A DNA stretch of 64,000 nucleotides from Sarea resinae. Taxonomy: Eukaryota. The stretch covers positions 1 to 64,000 of the forward strand of contig JAPEUD010000018.1 in the NCBI GenBank assembly GCA_026026165.1, in the 5' to 3' direction. The notes under the pieces are model-generated. The model made no database searches, was not told the DNA's origin, and saw nothing but the letters and a program-made list of their open reading frames with translations. A program made the position numbers and the translations under genes. Every line of letters starts with the position of its first letter. Positions within the stretch are counted from its first letter, which is position 1. Below, piece by piece: positions 13,055 through 24,488 of this stretch.

Positions 13055-14551
13055 TCAAGCTGTGTTTGCGTTGCCGGCGTGTATTAGGACCTCTAGAGCA
13101 AGACAGACGCTGCTGGGATGAGTTAATTTGGTGGGTTCTGTAGAAGAGGAAGGGGAAGGGGAAGGGGAAGAGGAAGAGGAAGAGGAAGAGGAAGAGGAAT
13201 ACACGTACCCATTCGGACTGGTAGCCTGAGCTGCGCCATACCCGCCAGCAATGTCTTCGCAAAAATCATTCCAATCCTCGACTCTGCCCGCCGTCATGAG
13301 AATGTCCGAGGGGACGGCATGCCACGGATACTTGATGGTCATGTGCGTTGTCTTTGCGGCCAAAGCTCCCTGGATGCCGCACTCCTGGACGATGTGGGTG
13401 AAGAAGGTGTCGTACGTCGGGCAGGACTTTAGGCGGATCCTTCGCGCCCCTTTGCTGAGCTCGTGCGTTGATTTGACGAAGAGGCGTGTGTTGGCGACGA
13501 TTTCGTCCTTGAGCGTTGTGGCCGCGGGCTTGGTGGTGGGGTCATTGTTATGCTGCTGCTGCTGCTGCTGCTGCAACGCTAGGATGCTTGGCTTCTGGTC
13601 TGTATTGTCGTCGTCGTCGTCAACGAGATTGATGACTGTTACAGTGCCTGATGTAGATCCGACACCATTGCTAGAATCGGCAGAACTCTCTATGCCATTC
13701 AACGGGAGGCGCGGCTTTCGAGGCTGAATTTTACTGGAGCTGTCTTTGGGCCGATTTGGGTTATGTGCTGGTGAATGCAGATCAAGTTTGTCGCGTGAGG
13801 CAAGACGCAAAACCATCCTGCTCCTTGGTCGGACCCCATTCGAGCCCTGGTTTGTGGTTTCCATTGTATCCTGACTGAACTCCTCATCAGGCGATTTTCT
13901 CTTTATGGGAATCCTCTCTGCAACGGTCTTCTTTCTGGTAGTCTCCTTTGCAATGGCCTCCTCTGTAACGACCTCTGTTGCGGTCCCTTGCTTCTACAAC
14001 GGGTCAGATAGTACAACATTCAATGAATTGCCGGGCTTACAAGAGAATCGGCACAGCGCTTCAGCTCAACCCGATAAGTGAAGAGCCGAATGAGAATATC
14101 CCAGAGCCTTCTCACACACTTAGTAAATATCCCTTGCTTTCGGGTACCCTGAAGCTTACTGAGAATCCTTATTCAATGCGTCTCGAGGACAGACAATTGC
14201 TTCCCCATTGAAATATTTCTTTTGCTTGCTCTCAGGCCAGTACCTCTCTCCATAGACCTCTAGGAACCCCTCGATCATTTGGCAAAAGGCCGGTGGATTT
14301 TCGCGGGGAGTGAAAAGGTCACCAAATTCCCTCTGCTTTTGCCGGGTTCGATTGTTGAATTCCTGCCATTCAATGCCATTTTCAAATCCTAGACATTCGC
14401 GGAAGAATGTAAGGGAGCGGTTGGTCGCTGACCAACCCCAAGCCCGACGAGACTCCATCAATCTAGTCTTTGGCCCATTTGGAATATAGCTTGCCTCGAT
14501 TCCTGGAGTCGTCAAAGGGTTCCGCCAGACAGCTGTTTCAGGTGTAGTCAT
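13055..14551 (-). CDS. Hypothetical protein B (paralog of 7406-8543 in its C-terminal domain)
   Basis: Exons ~14551-14160, 14107-14041 and 13993-13055 join in frame via GTAAGC donors; polyQ and poly-Ser tracts; C-terminal CPTYDTFF...MTIKYPW...VEDWNDFCED. Confidence 0.7.
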
Positions 14552-15478
14552 TGTGACTGGATCGCTCGACAAGGTCTTAGAACGAGCCGAAGAGCTTGGT
14601 GAGGTGTAATCTGATCAAGGTCTTAACATTGACATGAATGAGAGATTATTGAAGCATGCTCAGGTGCAATGATGGGTTGGAGAGTGGAGGAACGTTCCGA
14701 GGTGGGTGCTGAATCAATGAGAGGATGGTGACTAGTGAATGAGAGGATGATGGCTACAGGTAGTGAATGAGAGGACTGAACTTAGTCGAATACCCGTAAA
14801 AATAAGAGTATCTCTAAGAAGACGTCAAAAGATTCCCTTTGAAGTGACTGCTTTCGATACCTGGTGAAGGGAAGCAATTCTTCTGTGTCGAATGGAATTC
14901 GATGTCTGTGAAGACATGCCTATGAGCGCAGTGAATATACTCTAGACATAGCCGCCAGCCGGGGCGGGGTTCTCGAGCAGAATATAAGACTGCTCTCTGA
15001 GAAGAGTTTCTAACCCTGCTTTTGGAGGACCATCCATATCCGCTTGTTCGATCAAATTCGATCTCATGCTCATCAGGATTAATCTTGGTCATCACCTCAA
15101 ATGTAACGACAGTGGTGAGGATAGTACAGTGGAGGTGATGCACCACTTGTTCTGATGTCTAGACTTCTTGGGGATATCCTTCAGTTCCCTGGCATGATAT
15201 GGCCACTTAAGCTCCTTTCGCCCTCCTGTCAATTATCCTATCTCTGCCCCCTCCCCCAAGGCCCGTTTCTTCTTCGGCGCAGAACCACCTCAAAGCTTTC
15301 GCTTTCGCGCCCATTGACAGATACTCCCTGCTGGAATCCATGACTATAGAAATGTGCTCGCCCCCTGACATGAAGGCTTAGAGCTTACCTAGATCATAGG
15401 CAGGCAGGTCAAATTGCAGCTATGAATAGCTAGAGCGCTTGTTATTGCAGGTCGTGGACAAGACAACTAAAGGATTAG

Positions 15479-15518
15479 TATACAAATACTACAGGACCTA
15501 TACAAATACTACAGGACC
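15479..15518. repeat. Perfect 20-bp tandem duplication TATACAAATACTACAGGACC x2
   Basis: Read directly; ~65 bp upstream of the tRNA. Confidence 0.9.
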
Positions 15519-15582
15519 TGACTGGGCGCGCACGCGCTGATCCGAAAATATTATATACTCCTTATTGACACATTTCTGTTAC

Positions 15583-15690
15583 GTCACGATGCCAGAGTGG
15601 TTAATGGGTGAGACTTGAATTCCCTAAGATTTAGCGGTGCTCAGTTATCTCATGGCTTCGGCCTCGCAAGTTCGAATCTTGTTCGTGACG
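15583..15690 (+). tRNA. tRNA-Ser (anticodon TGA) with a 27-nt intron (15620-15646)
   Basis: Acceptor stem GTCACGA/TCGTGAC plus G discriminator; D-loop AGTGGTTAA; anticodon stem TGAGA/TCTCA with CT-TGA-A; long variable arm GGCTTCGGCC; T-loop TTCGAAT; downstream T-runs as Pol III terminator. Confidence 0.95.
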
Positions 15691-16193
15691 GATTTGCTTT
15701 TTTGTTTTTTGTTTCTCGGTATTGGGGAACGTTCAGTAGGTACCACAGGTGTTGGGGGAGGTGACAAAAGTTTGCACCCCTCTCCCCTCTCTCGCCTAAG
15801 CAGCTTGGGGGCGGAGGGGAGGGAGGGGGTGTGCAGTCTTTTGTCACCGCTTTGTACTTGGTTATTTAGGTAAGGGTTTTTTGGTTGTATCATCACACTT
15901 GAATGCTTAATCTATGATTTAATTCTTGCATCCAGAATTTAGATCACAGGATCAGTGAAATGAGGCTTTTTTGCTATGAACGTGCTACGACACGAACCTG
16001 CATCGTACACTATAGTACTCGACCTCTCCCGTCCCGTGGCTATGAGATTATAGCAATCTCCCCCATTCGCCTCATCCTACAGCAGTCGAACAAGACGCAA
16101 CTCGAGAACAGGACATAAATATTTGACGACACATATTATATCAAGACTACCGAGCAGAACCTCACACCAAGAAAGAATGCAGGAACCCGGCTG

Positions 16194-19150
16194 CTAATAC
16201 AGCCGATGAGGGCGCCAGAAGCCACTCCCGGGCGTATCATAGCTCTCATTTTTCGTTCCATTGTGATCATTTTGCTTCTGGATTTGGTGCTGGGGTCTAT
16301 GCTTGTCAAGGTGATCTACTTCTATTTCACCAGCAGCGAGGGGGCTGTCTAAGTGATCATGAGAGTCTTCAACGTAGTCAAAGTCTTCAGGAGTATAGCA
16401 GCTCTGTCTGTGCTCTGCTTCCATTGAGAGAAAGCAAGCCCGAGCGGGATTCGAACCGACACGGGAGACATGGGACCCATCGAATCCGTTAGCAGGGCGA
16501 GAGCAAATAGATGAATTATCGACGGATTCAAAACAATCTCTTGTAGAAACCCGAACTGTTCCCGCATCATCTTTCTGTGGTGGCAGATGGACAGCCTTGC
16601 CCTCGAGGTCCGCACTCTCTGGCAAGTGTCTTGCATTCAGAAAAAAATGATCTGAATGCACGGATTCTGGATTGAAAGGATGGTCTCTATAGGGGGCGTT
16701 CATATTGGTGTGGTTTAGAGGAGAGTGTCTGGTGGCCGGAGAGCACAGGCTTGAAGCAACGTGACGGCAGTATGTTGATGGGGTGTTAGAGTCATCATGG
16801 GGGTCAAAGTGATAAGCATCTTGGCCAGACTGATCGAAATAAATCTGCGATGCTACGGGATCAGCTTCGAAGCAAATACTCTGACTGCGTCCGTTGTTGT
16901 GTGCTCTTTGTCCAGGATGCTCCAAAAAGTCTATCTGGCCGCCTTGGACGATAGCGCGGTCATAGACAAACGGTGAAAAGTGTTGTGGAAAGTCTCCGCG
17001 ATCAGTACCTGTAGGGCTTTCGTTGGTCCACTTGGGACGATTCGAATACTCTATGCCAATATTCTGTTTTCCAATCCTAGCATCGGTCGTCGAACGCAAC
17101 GCCTCTTTCATGGAAAATTGTGGATTGATCATTGTCATCGGGAAATTTCCCTTCGGATAGCAGCAGCGGCTTTCATTGTGTTGAAGAGGAGACGATTGTA
17201 CGGCAGCCTCACATTCCTTCAGAAGAGCTTCCAAAGATGATATTTCCTTGCCATCTTCCAGGCATTGCAAATCATCACTCGGTAGATTACTGCGTTGGGA
17301 GCTCGGACTATCAGCCATGGCTTCAGCAGAGCAGTTCCCTTCTTCAGTAGCTGACTGGACGGGTGGGTTCGGATCGTAGCAAGCCTTCTCTGGAGGCTTC
17401 GATTGACCCTTAAAAGGCGATGCGATAAGCTCTCGTTGGTTTGGTGACACGTCAAATCTATTTGAGAGGACTGTTTCCGAGCTACGCGGTATCAATTTAA
17501 TCTTTTGCCGACTCCGCGTACTATTGCTATCCCCTTTGCTTTTCAAAGAGGTAGTTTGATTTTGCTGAGCCACCAGTTGAGATGTTGTATCATACCGTCC
17601 CACGTCAATTGCTGTCGGCGCACAAACAAGAAGACTCGAAGCGTCCGTGGAGCCAGATTCCTTCAAATGCAAGCCACGCGATGACAAGGGTAGCGTACGA
17701 CAGCTATCAGACCATGTGAAACGCGATTTCGACTGCGACCGCCGCGGGCGAGAGTTTGAATCGGCCTGAGTGGACCGAATGCTTGGCTGGGAAGGTGATG
17801 AGTTTATTGCAGAGCTAGAACGGGATCCTTGATTTTTAAACTGGAGAAACGGTCTGTCGTGAAGGACGACTGGTATATTGGTAAACGGGGAAGCTATCGA
17901 TCTATTCGAATCTTGTGACACAGTTCGGCGCTGAGGCGATGAAACTACCAGAGGCTGTTCGAGGGACCGGAGATTTTCATCATAAACAGGGCGTTCGTGC
18001 TCAGCTACTGACTTCGGTGCTGATGCAAAATATAAAGAGATCTCATCCTGGGTAGCAGCTCGCGGCTTGCTTCGACGCTTCTTGGCTGGCCGCTGATCTT
18101 TCGCTCTGCGTGGTGCTTCCTTACGCTTGGAGAGAAAGTTCAATTCCGAAAAGACAAGGTCAGGCACTGTGAAAGTACTTCAGTTTTTATTCCGTCACAA
18201 GCATTGAAGCAACCTAGATTGACCCACATCCACGTTTTTTTGTAGGAGATGATGCTCGGCCTTTACCGAAAAGTCCCAGAGCAACAGATGGTATGACCTG
18301 TGAACGGTCAGTATGAGATATAGGAGAAGGGCCAGCGGAAAATGGTAATAAGAAACGTCTGAACGTACAGTGATACGGTCCTTGTTTACGTTCTTGGCAG
18401 CAAAATTGTGCATGAGTGCACTGCCGGACTTCGACTTGCGCTCTTTTTTTGACTGCCGTTTCTTCCTTTCTCGAGATTTTGGCCCGTGCTTTTCAGCGCC
18501 GGATTCAGGTTGGTAGAGATTGAGGCGAGTTTTGTGGCGTTTCCGTTTGTCGTACATTTCAAGGGAGTGCTTGGACAGCCTTGATGATTTACGAGTTTTT
18601 TTCGGATCGACCTCATGATCGTCGTGAAGCAGAACTGAACTTGTGCTGCCATTTGGATCTTGCTCCAAATCATTAGAAGGTCGAACAGCAGCTTCCAGAA
18701 TAGAGCTATCCAATGATGGAGGTGGCTTAATTCTCAGTTAACGGTGATTTTCAAAGGCTTTGCCGATGGCAATGCTTACAGGTGCACGGCACGTGGCCTG
18801 CGATTCCGGACCCTCACCCAGGCGTGATGTTTTCGGATGTTCTGGGTGCAATTCTACGAGGAATTAGCTCCACCTTTTTTCCAGAAGACTTCGAGGCTGT
18901 AGATCATTCTACCTATCTCTGAATTTGGATGCTTACGATTTTTGCGCCCGTGTCCGATGGCCTGGGAAGGTTTGACGCCACAATCGTACCCTCGTCGAAT
19001 GTTCAGATCTCGATTCCTGGGGACCGCCCGCGGATGCCGATGGCGATGCATAGGAGGTCGCCCATTCTCACGATGTGAGAATTCAAGGTCTCGATTTCCA
19101 CCACCTTCTCCGGTTTCAGCAAGCCATCTTTTTATGTAGTCCTCTTGCAT
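16194..19150 (-). CDS. Hypothetical protein, largely low-complexity/disordered (5 exons)
   Basis: ORFs join in frame via GT-AG introns; non-random core RKRHKTR...LMHNFAAKNV...GLFGKGRASSP...RGLPDLVFSELNFL and C-terminal FWRPHRLY. Confidence 0.75.
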
Positions 19151-22100
19151 GACCCAATCCTGTCAAGTGAAGGCCTGCAGCGGTATCAAAGGTAGCTCGA
19201 CTCCTTCGGAAGTATTATAATTACTAGATTGTCTATCGCAGAAGTGATAACGTTGCCTTTGGGCATGCGTGTAGTAGGCCGATAAGGTGGTTTCAGATAT
19301 CGAAGGGATCCACAGGCACGGCTTTCCGCTACACCCCGTCAAAGGTGCATTACTCCTGCCCATGGCCGTAGCTAACCACATTGCTTTCTCCTGACAAAGG
19401 AAAGTGCAGGTGATCGATCGATGCGAGTAGATTGGAGGTAGGTAGGCAGGTGGCATTCGTCCCAGTAGCAGAATCGCACAACAGAATTTGATGTTGTACA
19501 GGCGTCTTTTCTTGCAGAGTGTAGAAAGGTCAGGTACGAAAGAGCAAAATGTAAAGCCACGTCACAGATTCTGCCCTATTAGAGCAGTTGCACGCCCAAC
19601 TGCGCAGTAAAATGATCATGACCTTGAGGAACGTATTGGCGGATAGGTAGAGAGGCAAGGCAGGTGTGTCTGTAGGAAGCGCGGGCAATCTCCGGTGCCA
19701 ACCTGCCTTACAGGTCTACTGCCAAGGGCGTGCATCCAGTTTCTCGTCCTGCATACCTCGAGAAAGCAAACATTTCTAGGTTTATGCGCAGACATGTGAC
19801 GGCATGCGACGGCGTGGACATGATTGATCGACAATCAATTGGGGGCACCCTGAGAAGCTCGTCTTTCAACGGTCCTACCACGATGTGATGATCTAGTCTT
19901 TCTCCTCCTTCGTGGATAACATGCGCCGGCAAGTAACAAACCCCTTTTGAGCAGGTGGATTATCCGTCGTTGGTTTACCATGGTGACCAGCAGTCTCTCT
20001 AAATCTGATCTGCAGAGGGATGAAGATCTTGCAGAAGTTTCAGACCTTCAGCGGTTGACCGACTTTATCACTGCCTTGCACAGCACCTATAACCTACAGG
20101 CTCCGGCACACGGGTCCATTGGATGTATGAACTTCTATGACGCTTCTGCTGCCCCTACGTTTTGATCTAGCCCTAGAGTGCTAGGATGAGCTTTCATTTA
20201 GCACGCCTTGCCGCAGTAGAGCGAACGCCAGATAAAGTCCCGGATACCTTTTCGGTACGAGGTTTTACTACCCTTCTCGTGGTAGGGGGTACCCCCTCCG
20301 CATGGCTAACCAAGAAAGGTAGGGCTATCTGCAGCTTCCTCCTCATGTGGATCTGAGTGACAGCAATTCGGCTATGATAAAGATGATAACCTTGTTTGGC
20401 CCGTTGGATCATCTACGACATCTATCTTAGGGGTGGAAGCTCACAGGGACCGCTAGAACCTCCTTGGCAGGGACACAAGAGGTTAGGGTACGCATCGCAA
20501 TCAAATTCGAAAATGCACCTGGCCGAGGTTCAAGTGAAAATCTCTGATCTCTCCTTTGGCTCCACGAAATGCGGTAGGTGATCTATTAAAGCTGGTCAGG
20601 GAAGGTACCCACCGTAGCTTGTACGTAGTAGCTGAGTGCTTGGGGAGAGTGCGTTATGCACGGGAAAAGCTCGAGCATGAAAGCATGGATTGGAAGGGAA
20701 TAAAAATCAGCGATTCTGCAGATCCTTCGCTGCCCCACCAAAAAGATGCAACGTTTGACGCAAGAGACCAGCTGGTGCCCGCAGCTCGCTATCCATAAGG
20801 TATGTCCTCTACTGGCCGCGATTGGCTCCGACCGAGCGGCGAATGGTACCACGGTGCTCAAACCGCATGAGGAACAGGGCACGGGATACAGTCTGATAAT
20901 TGCCATCGGACAGCATCCATTCACGGATGATTCGCGTCTGCCATGAGATGGATAGTACCATGTATGGAAGTGATATTGATGTACGAAGACATTTCGAATG
21001 CTGCAGCTGCGAGCTGGAGGCCAGGCCCCATACAATTGGGATGTACGGCATGGATAGATTGATACCTTGATATCAAGCCGGAGGACCTGCCCGGCCGAGC
21101 AAGAGGGTCGTCAGCCACACGGCATCTCTAACGAGACTAGTATGTCCGCATGGAGGTAGGTCCTCACTCTCTAGTTCTTCGCACCAATCCGTGGGTTGAG
21201 GCATCCAGACAACCGCTGATCCGCTTGCGCATGAAAGATCGTACGTCTTTGCGATCGCGACGGACGCACACCGAAGAGTAGTAGAGTACCTAGTAGTGAG
21301 CAGGCAGAGTGTAAGTATTCGCCTGCAGCTGGTAGTAGCCCTAATGGGTGAGGTACGGAGCAGTAAGGTGAGTAGAGATATTCTACCAGTAACTGCAGTA
21401 GAGAGAGGCAGAGCGAGAAGGACAAGGAGAAGGACAAGGAGAAGGGGTACAGATACTTCCCAGGGTCATCCAGGCAGGTCTGGACTCTCTTCCAGGCTTG
21501 CGCGTGAGACGTCCAGGTTGATTACGGTGGGAAGTGAATAATACTGGAACCTGCGACCTTCTTCGCCTACCTCTACTTCACCTAACCCCCGGCCCTCCTC
21601 CTTCCCTCTCGACCTTCCCTTGCCTTGCCTCACCTCACCTGCCTGTCACCTACCCGCCACCACCACCAACTTTGCCCTTGATCACATCCAGTTACTTCCA
21701 GTTTGCAAGCTACCCCATCTAGCGTAGACGTGATTGAGCCAAGGCTTCTTCCCACTTTCTATTTCACGACGGGACTTGACTTCTTCTTCCCCTCCTTCCC
21801 ACCCCCACCCCCCACCTTCATTCAACCTGCTCTCCATTCTTGCACACCCTTTACAACCTTCCATCTCCCGACCCTCACCGATCGCTCTTCATCAGATCTC
21901 AGTCTCGGTCATCAGTGAGGTGCCCATCTACCACTTGAAGTCGACTACTATCACCCAAACGACACCACGTTGAGAAGTTCGTCCGTCGCTCTTAGATTCT
22001 CGCTCACTTTGATCGCATAGCCCTCATTCCTCTCCCTTCGCTAAGCAATCATGTCGTGTTTTCGTGTCTTTCCTTGCTGTTCTGTCCATCTGTCCTGTGT

Positions 22101-22197
22101 GCCATTTGTCGACTGTTGCGCGTCTGGTGTGAACGTTTGTGGTTGAGACTTTGCCAGACGATATTATCGAAATTCATAAGACATCCAATCAACCAGA

Positions 22198-23016
22198 ATG
22201 TCGAAACTCTTCATCGGGTAAGTTTCTCTCTTTTCGGAGCATACGTCGAGTGGGTGATCTGACATTGTTGGCAACAGCGGCCTTGCCTGGCACACCGATG
22301 ACTCTACTCTTCGCACCAAGTTCGAGGAGTTTGGCCAAGTCGAGGAAGCGGTAAGATGAGTTTTCCATGACCAGCTGTCAGTACTGAACGATGCCTTGTC
22401 AACAGATCGTCGTCAAAGATCGCGACACCGGCCGTAGCCGTGGTTTCGGTTTCGTTCGATTCGCGCAAGAGTCGGATGCTGATGCCGCAATCGCTGCCAT
22501 GAACAACATTGAGTACGATACCTTCCCATTGCATTCGAGTCATAGGATTGAATGAATTGACAAATCGAAAGGTTCGACGGACGTACTATCCGCGTTGATA
22601 AGGCCTCAGACCGTGGTGCTGGTGGCGGTGGCGGGGGCGGATACAGCGGTGGTGGTGGCTACGGTGGTGGCCGTGGCGGAGGGTATAACTCTCGTGGTGG
22701 CGGTGGTGGAGGCCGTGGCGGTTACGGTACGACTCAGTAAATCCAGCTTCATGTTTCAATTTCTAACAATCTCTCTAGGAGGCGGTGGCTATGGCGGTGG
22801 CTACCAAGATCGCTCAAGCGGCGGTAAGTTTTGTTTCTTTCTGCGTCGTACAATCTACCATGATAGGTATGGCTAACTCTTCTCTCAGGCTACGGTGGCG
22901 CCAGCGGTGGTGGCGGCTGGGGACGCGGCGACTCGTACAGCGGCGGAGGTCAGTCATACTCGGGCGGAGGTCAATATGACCAGAACGCTGGACCCAATGG
23001 CGGTCAAGGGTATTAG
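22198..23016 (+). CDS. Glycine-rich RNA-binding protein (single RRM plus RGG/Gly tail)
   Basis: RNP2 KLFIGGL, RNP1 [25 protein letters not shown] tail; 6 exons (possible extra upstream exon at 22051). Confidence 0.93.
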
Positions 23017-23454
23017 GGTTCTCTTGTGTTGAAAAGAGCCCAAATTCACCGTTCAACGATTCATGGATGTCTTCTCCGAACCTTCGGTGGCTAAAGACGG
23101 ATGGATCTTCCGCGGGGCTAAGGAACGTCGTAACGACCTCTTACTGTGGCTCGATCTTTCAGTTCAGCCAACGGTGGTGCCATCCTCTCGTGTGATCTCT
23201 GATCGTGGCTTCTTTTTCTCAGAAATCTCGGGCATGGGTCATGGTGTGGCAGATCTTTCATACCCTGTTTCCTTACTGCCTTTTCCTTGAGCACCACCTC
23301 TACGAAATCAGCATTACGTCCTAATGGCCTGTTTTTCCATAAGACTTTCACAAGGCCGTCACCCAAAGGTAATGGATCAATTTGACTTTGGGAGATGTTG
23401 CTTTTGCTCTGATCGTCTAATATGTCCTCTGCGAATAAAAGTCGAGATTTTCTC

Positions 23455-24488
23455 TTACACGAACTTCTCCACCTCTTCTTGTTCCTCCGTGCTGCCAATC
23501 CTTGTGAGTTCGTTGCCAACAGCCTTGTCTTCAACGACTTTGCCTATCGCCTCATCCGGCAAATTGGGCCCGCTGGCGTCCAGTCTCGCTGCTTCAAGAC
23601 CTTTGACCCTCTCTGCCAAGTCACTGATGTGAATATCCCCACTCTCCCGAGACAAATCTCGCAACGCCGTCTCGAGCATGAACAGGTATTCTTTGTTGTC
23701 CCCACTCGGCCCGTGACTTCTGTAGATATGCTCGGCCAGTTTTTGAGGGTCTTGGGGACCGACAAATTGAGGGTTTGAGGGTAGGCCTATGTAGACCAGA
23801 CATCGTATTGGAGGTTGCGATGCATCTGCGGGATAGAATGGCGTGTAGTGAATGGAGTATCCATTGATCTCACGGATGTCCAAGTATTCTCGCACTTCCT
23901 CCACCTTGGATGGTGCTATCCGATAGGCAGTGCCCCAGACGCGGTCTTCGGCCGCAGCATGCTGCACCATCTCCGGTCAGCAAGCGGAGCAGAGGATCAC
24001 GAGGGGTGACAAACGTCGTCGGTCAAGGTCTCCCAGAACGAGCGTTCTATGAGGGTCACCACTCGCCCTGGAGCTTCTGGTGTACCTCGATGATCCTCAC
24101 TTTGAACTTGTCAAATTTCGCCCTCGCAGACATCGTCGCTCGCCGGCACTCACCTGGCCTGAAGGATCTACTTTTAGCTAAGAGATCGTTCGTCGAAGGT
24201 CAACGGTCACATACCTGCCAGAATCGTCGAACGTAGCCGTTGATGTAGCCGGGAATTCTTTGGTCTATCAAGATCAGTCTCCATCGCAGCTCAGCTGATT
24301 CGACAAGGAGCTATGTATTACCGAAATGCGGTGGAGGCTTCCATATCAGACTCCTGTTATGACGGCCATCATATCAGTCGGTATGACTCACATCGAAGCG
24401 TTGAGCGGGCTCGTACGAAACACTTCGGACAGCTTCCTTACCCGTAGCCAAAGAGCCAGAATTCGTCCTGACCCACGAGGTCGCCCAT
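23455..24488 (-). CDS. ChaC-family glutathione-specific gamma-glutamylcyclotransferase
   Basis: [56 protein letters not shown]; 6 exons including a 5-nt microexon. Confidence 0.93.

Noticed and set aside
15583..15690. Selenocysteine or opal-suppressor tRNA
   Set aside because: The gene anticodon is TGA (reads UCA, Ser), not TCA, and the acceptor stem is a normal 7 bp
16446..16466. tRNA B-box-like GGTTCGAATCCC on the minus strand
   Set aside because: Lies inside a long CDS, with no cloverleaf or A-box
20481..20489. Telomerase-template-like ACCCTAACC (also at 59327-59335; AACCCTAAC near 10733)
   Set aside because: A few 9-mer matches to TTAGGG permutations are expected by chance in 64 kb; no other telomerase RNA elements recognised
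24384..24390. TGACTCA / internal GTGAGT in ChaC intron 1 (Gcn4 site or nested intron)
   Set aside because: A nested intron would be only ~38 nt and is not needed for the frame; a single 7-mer is weak evidence
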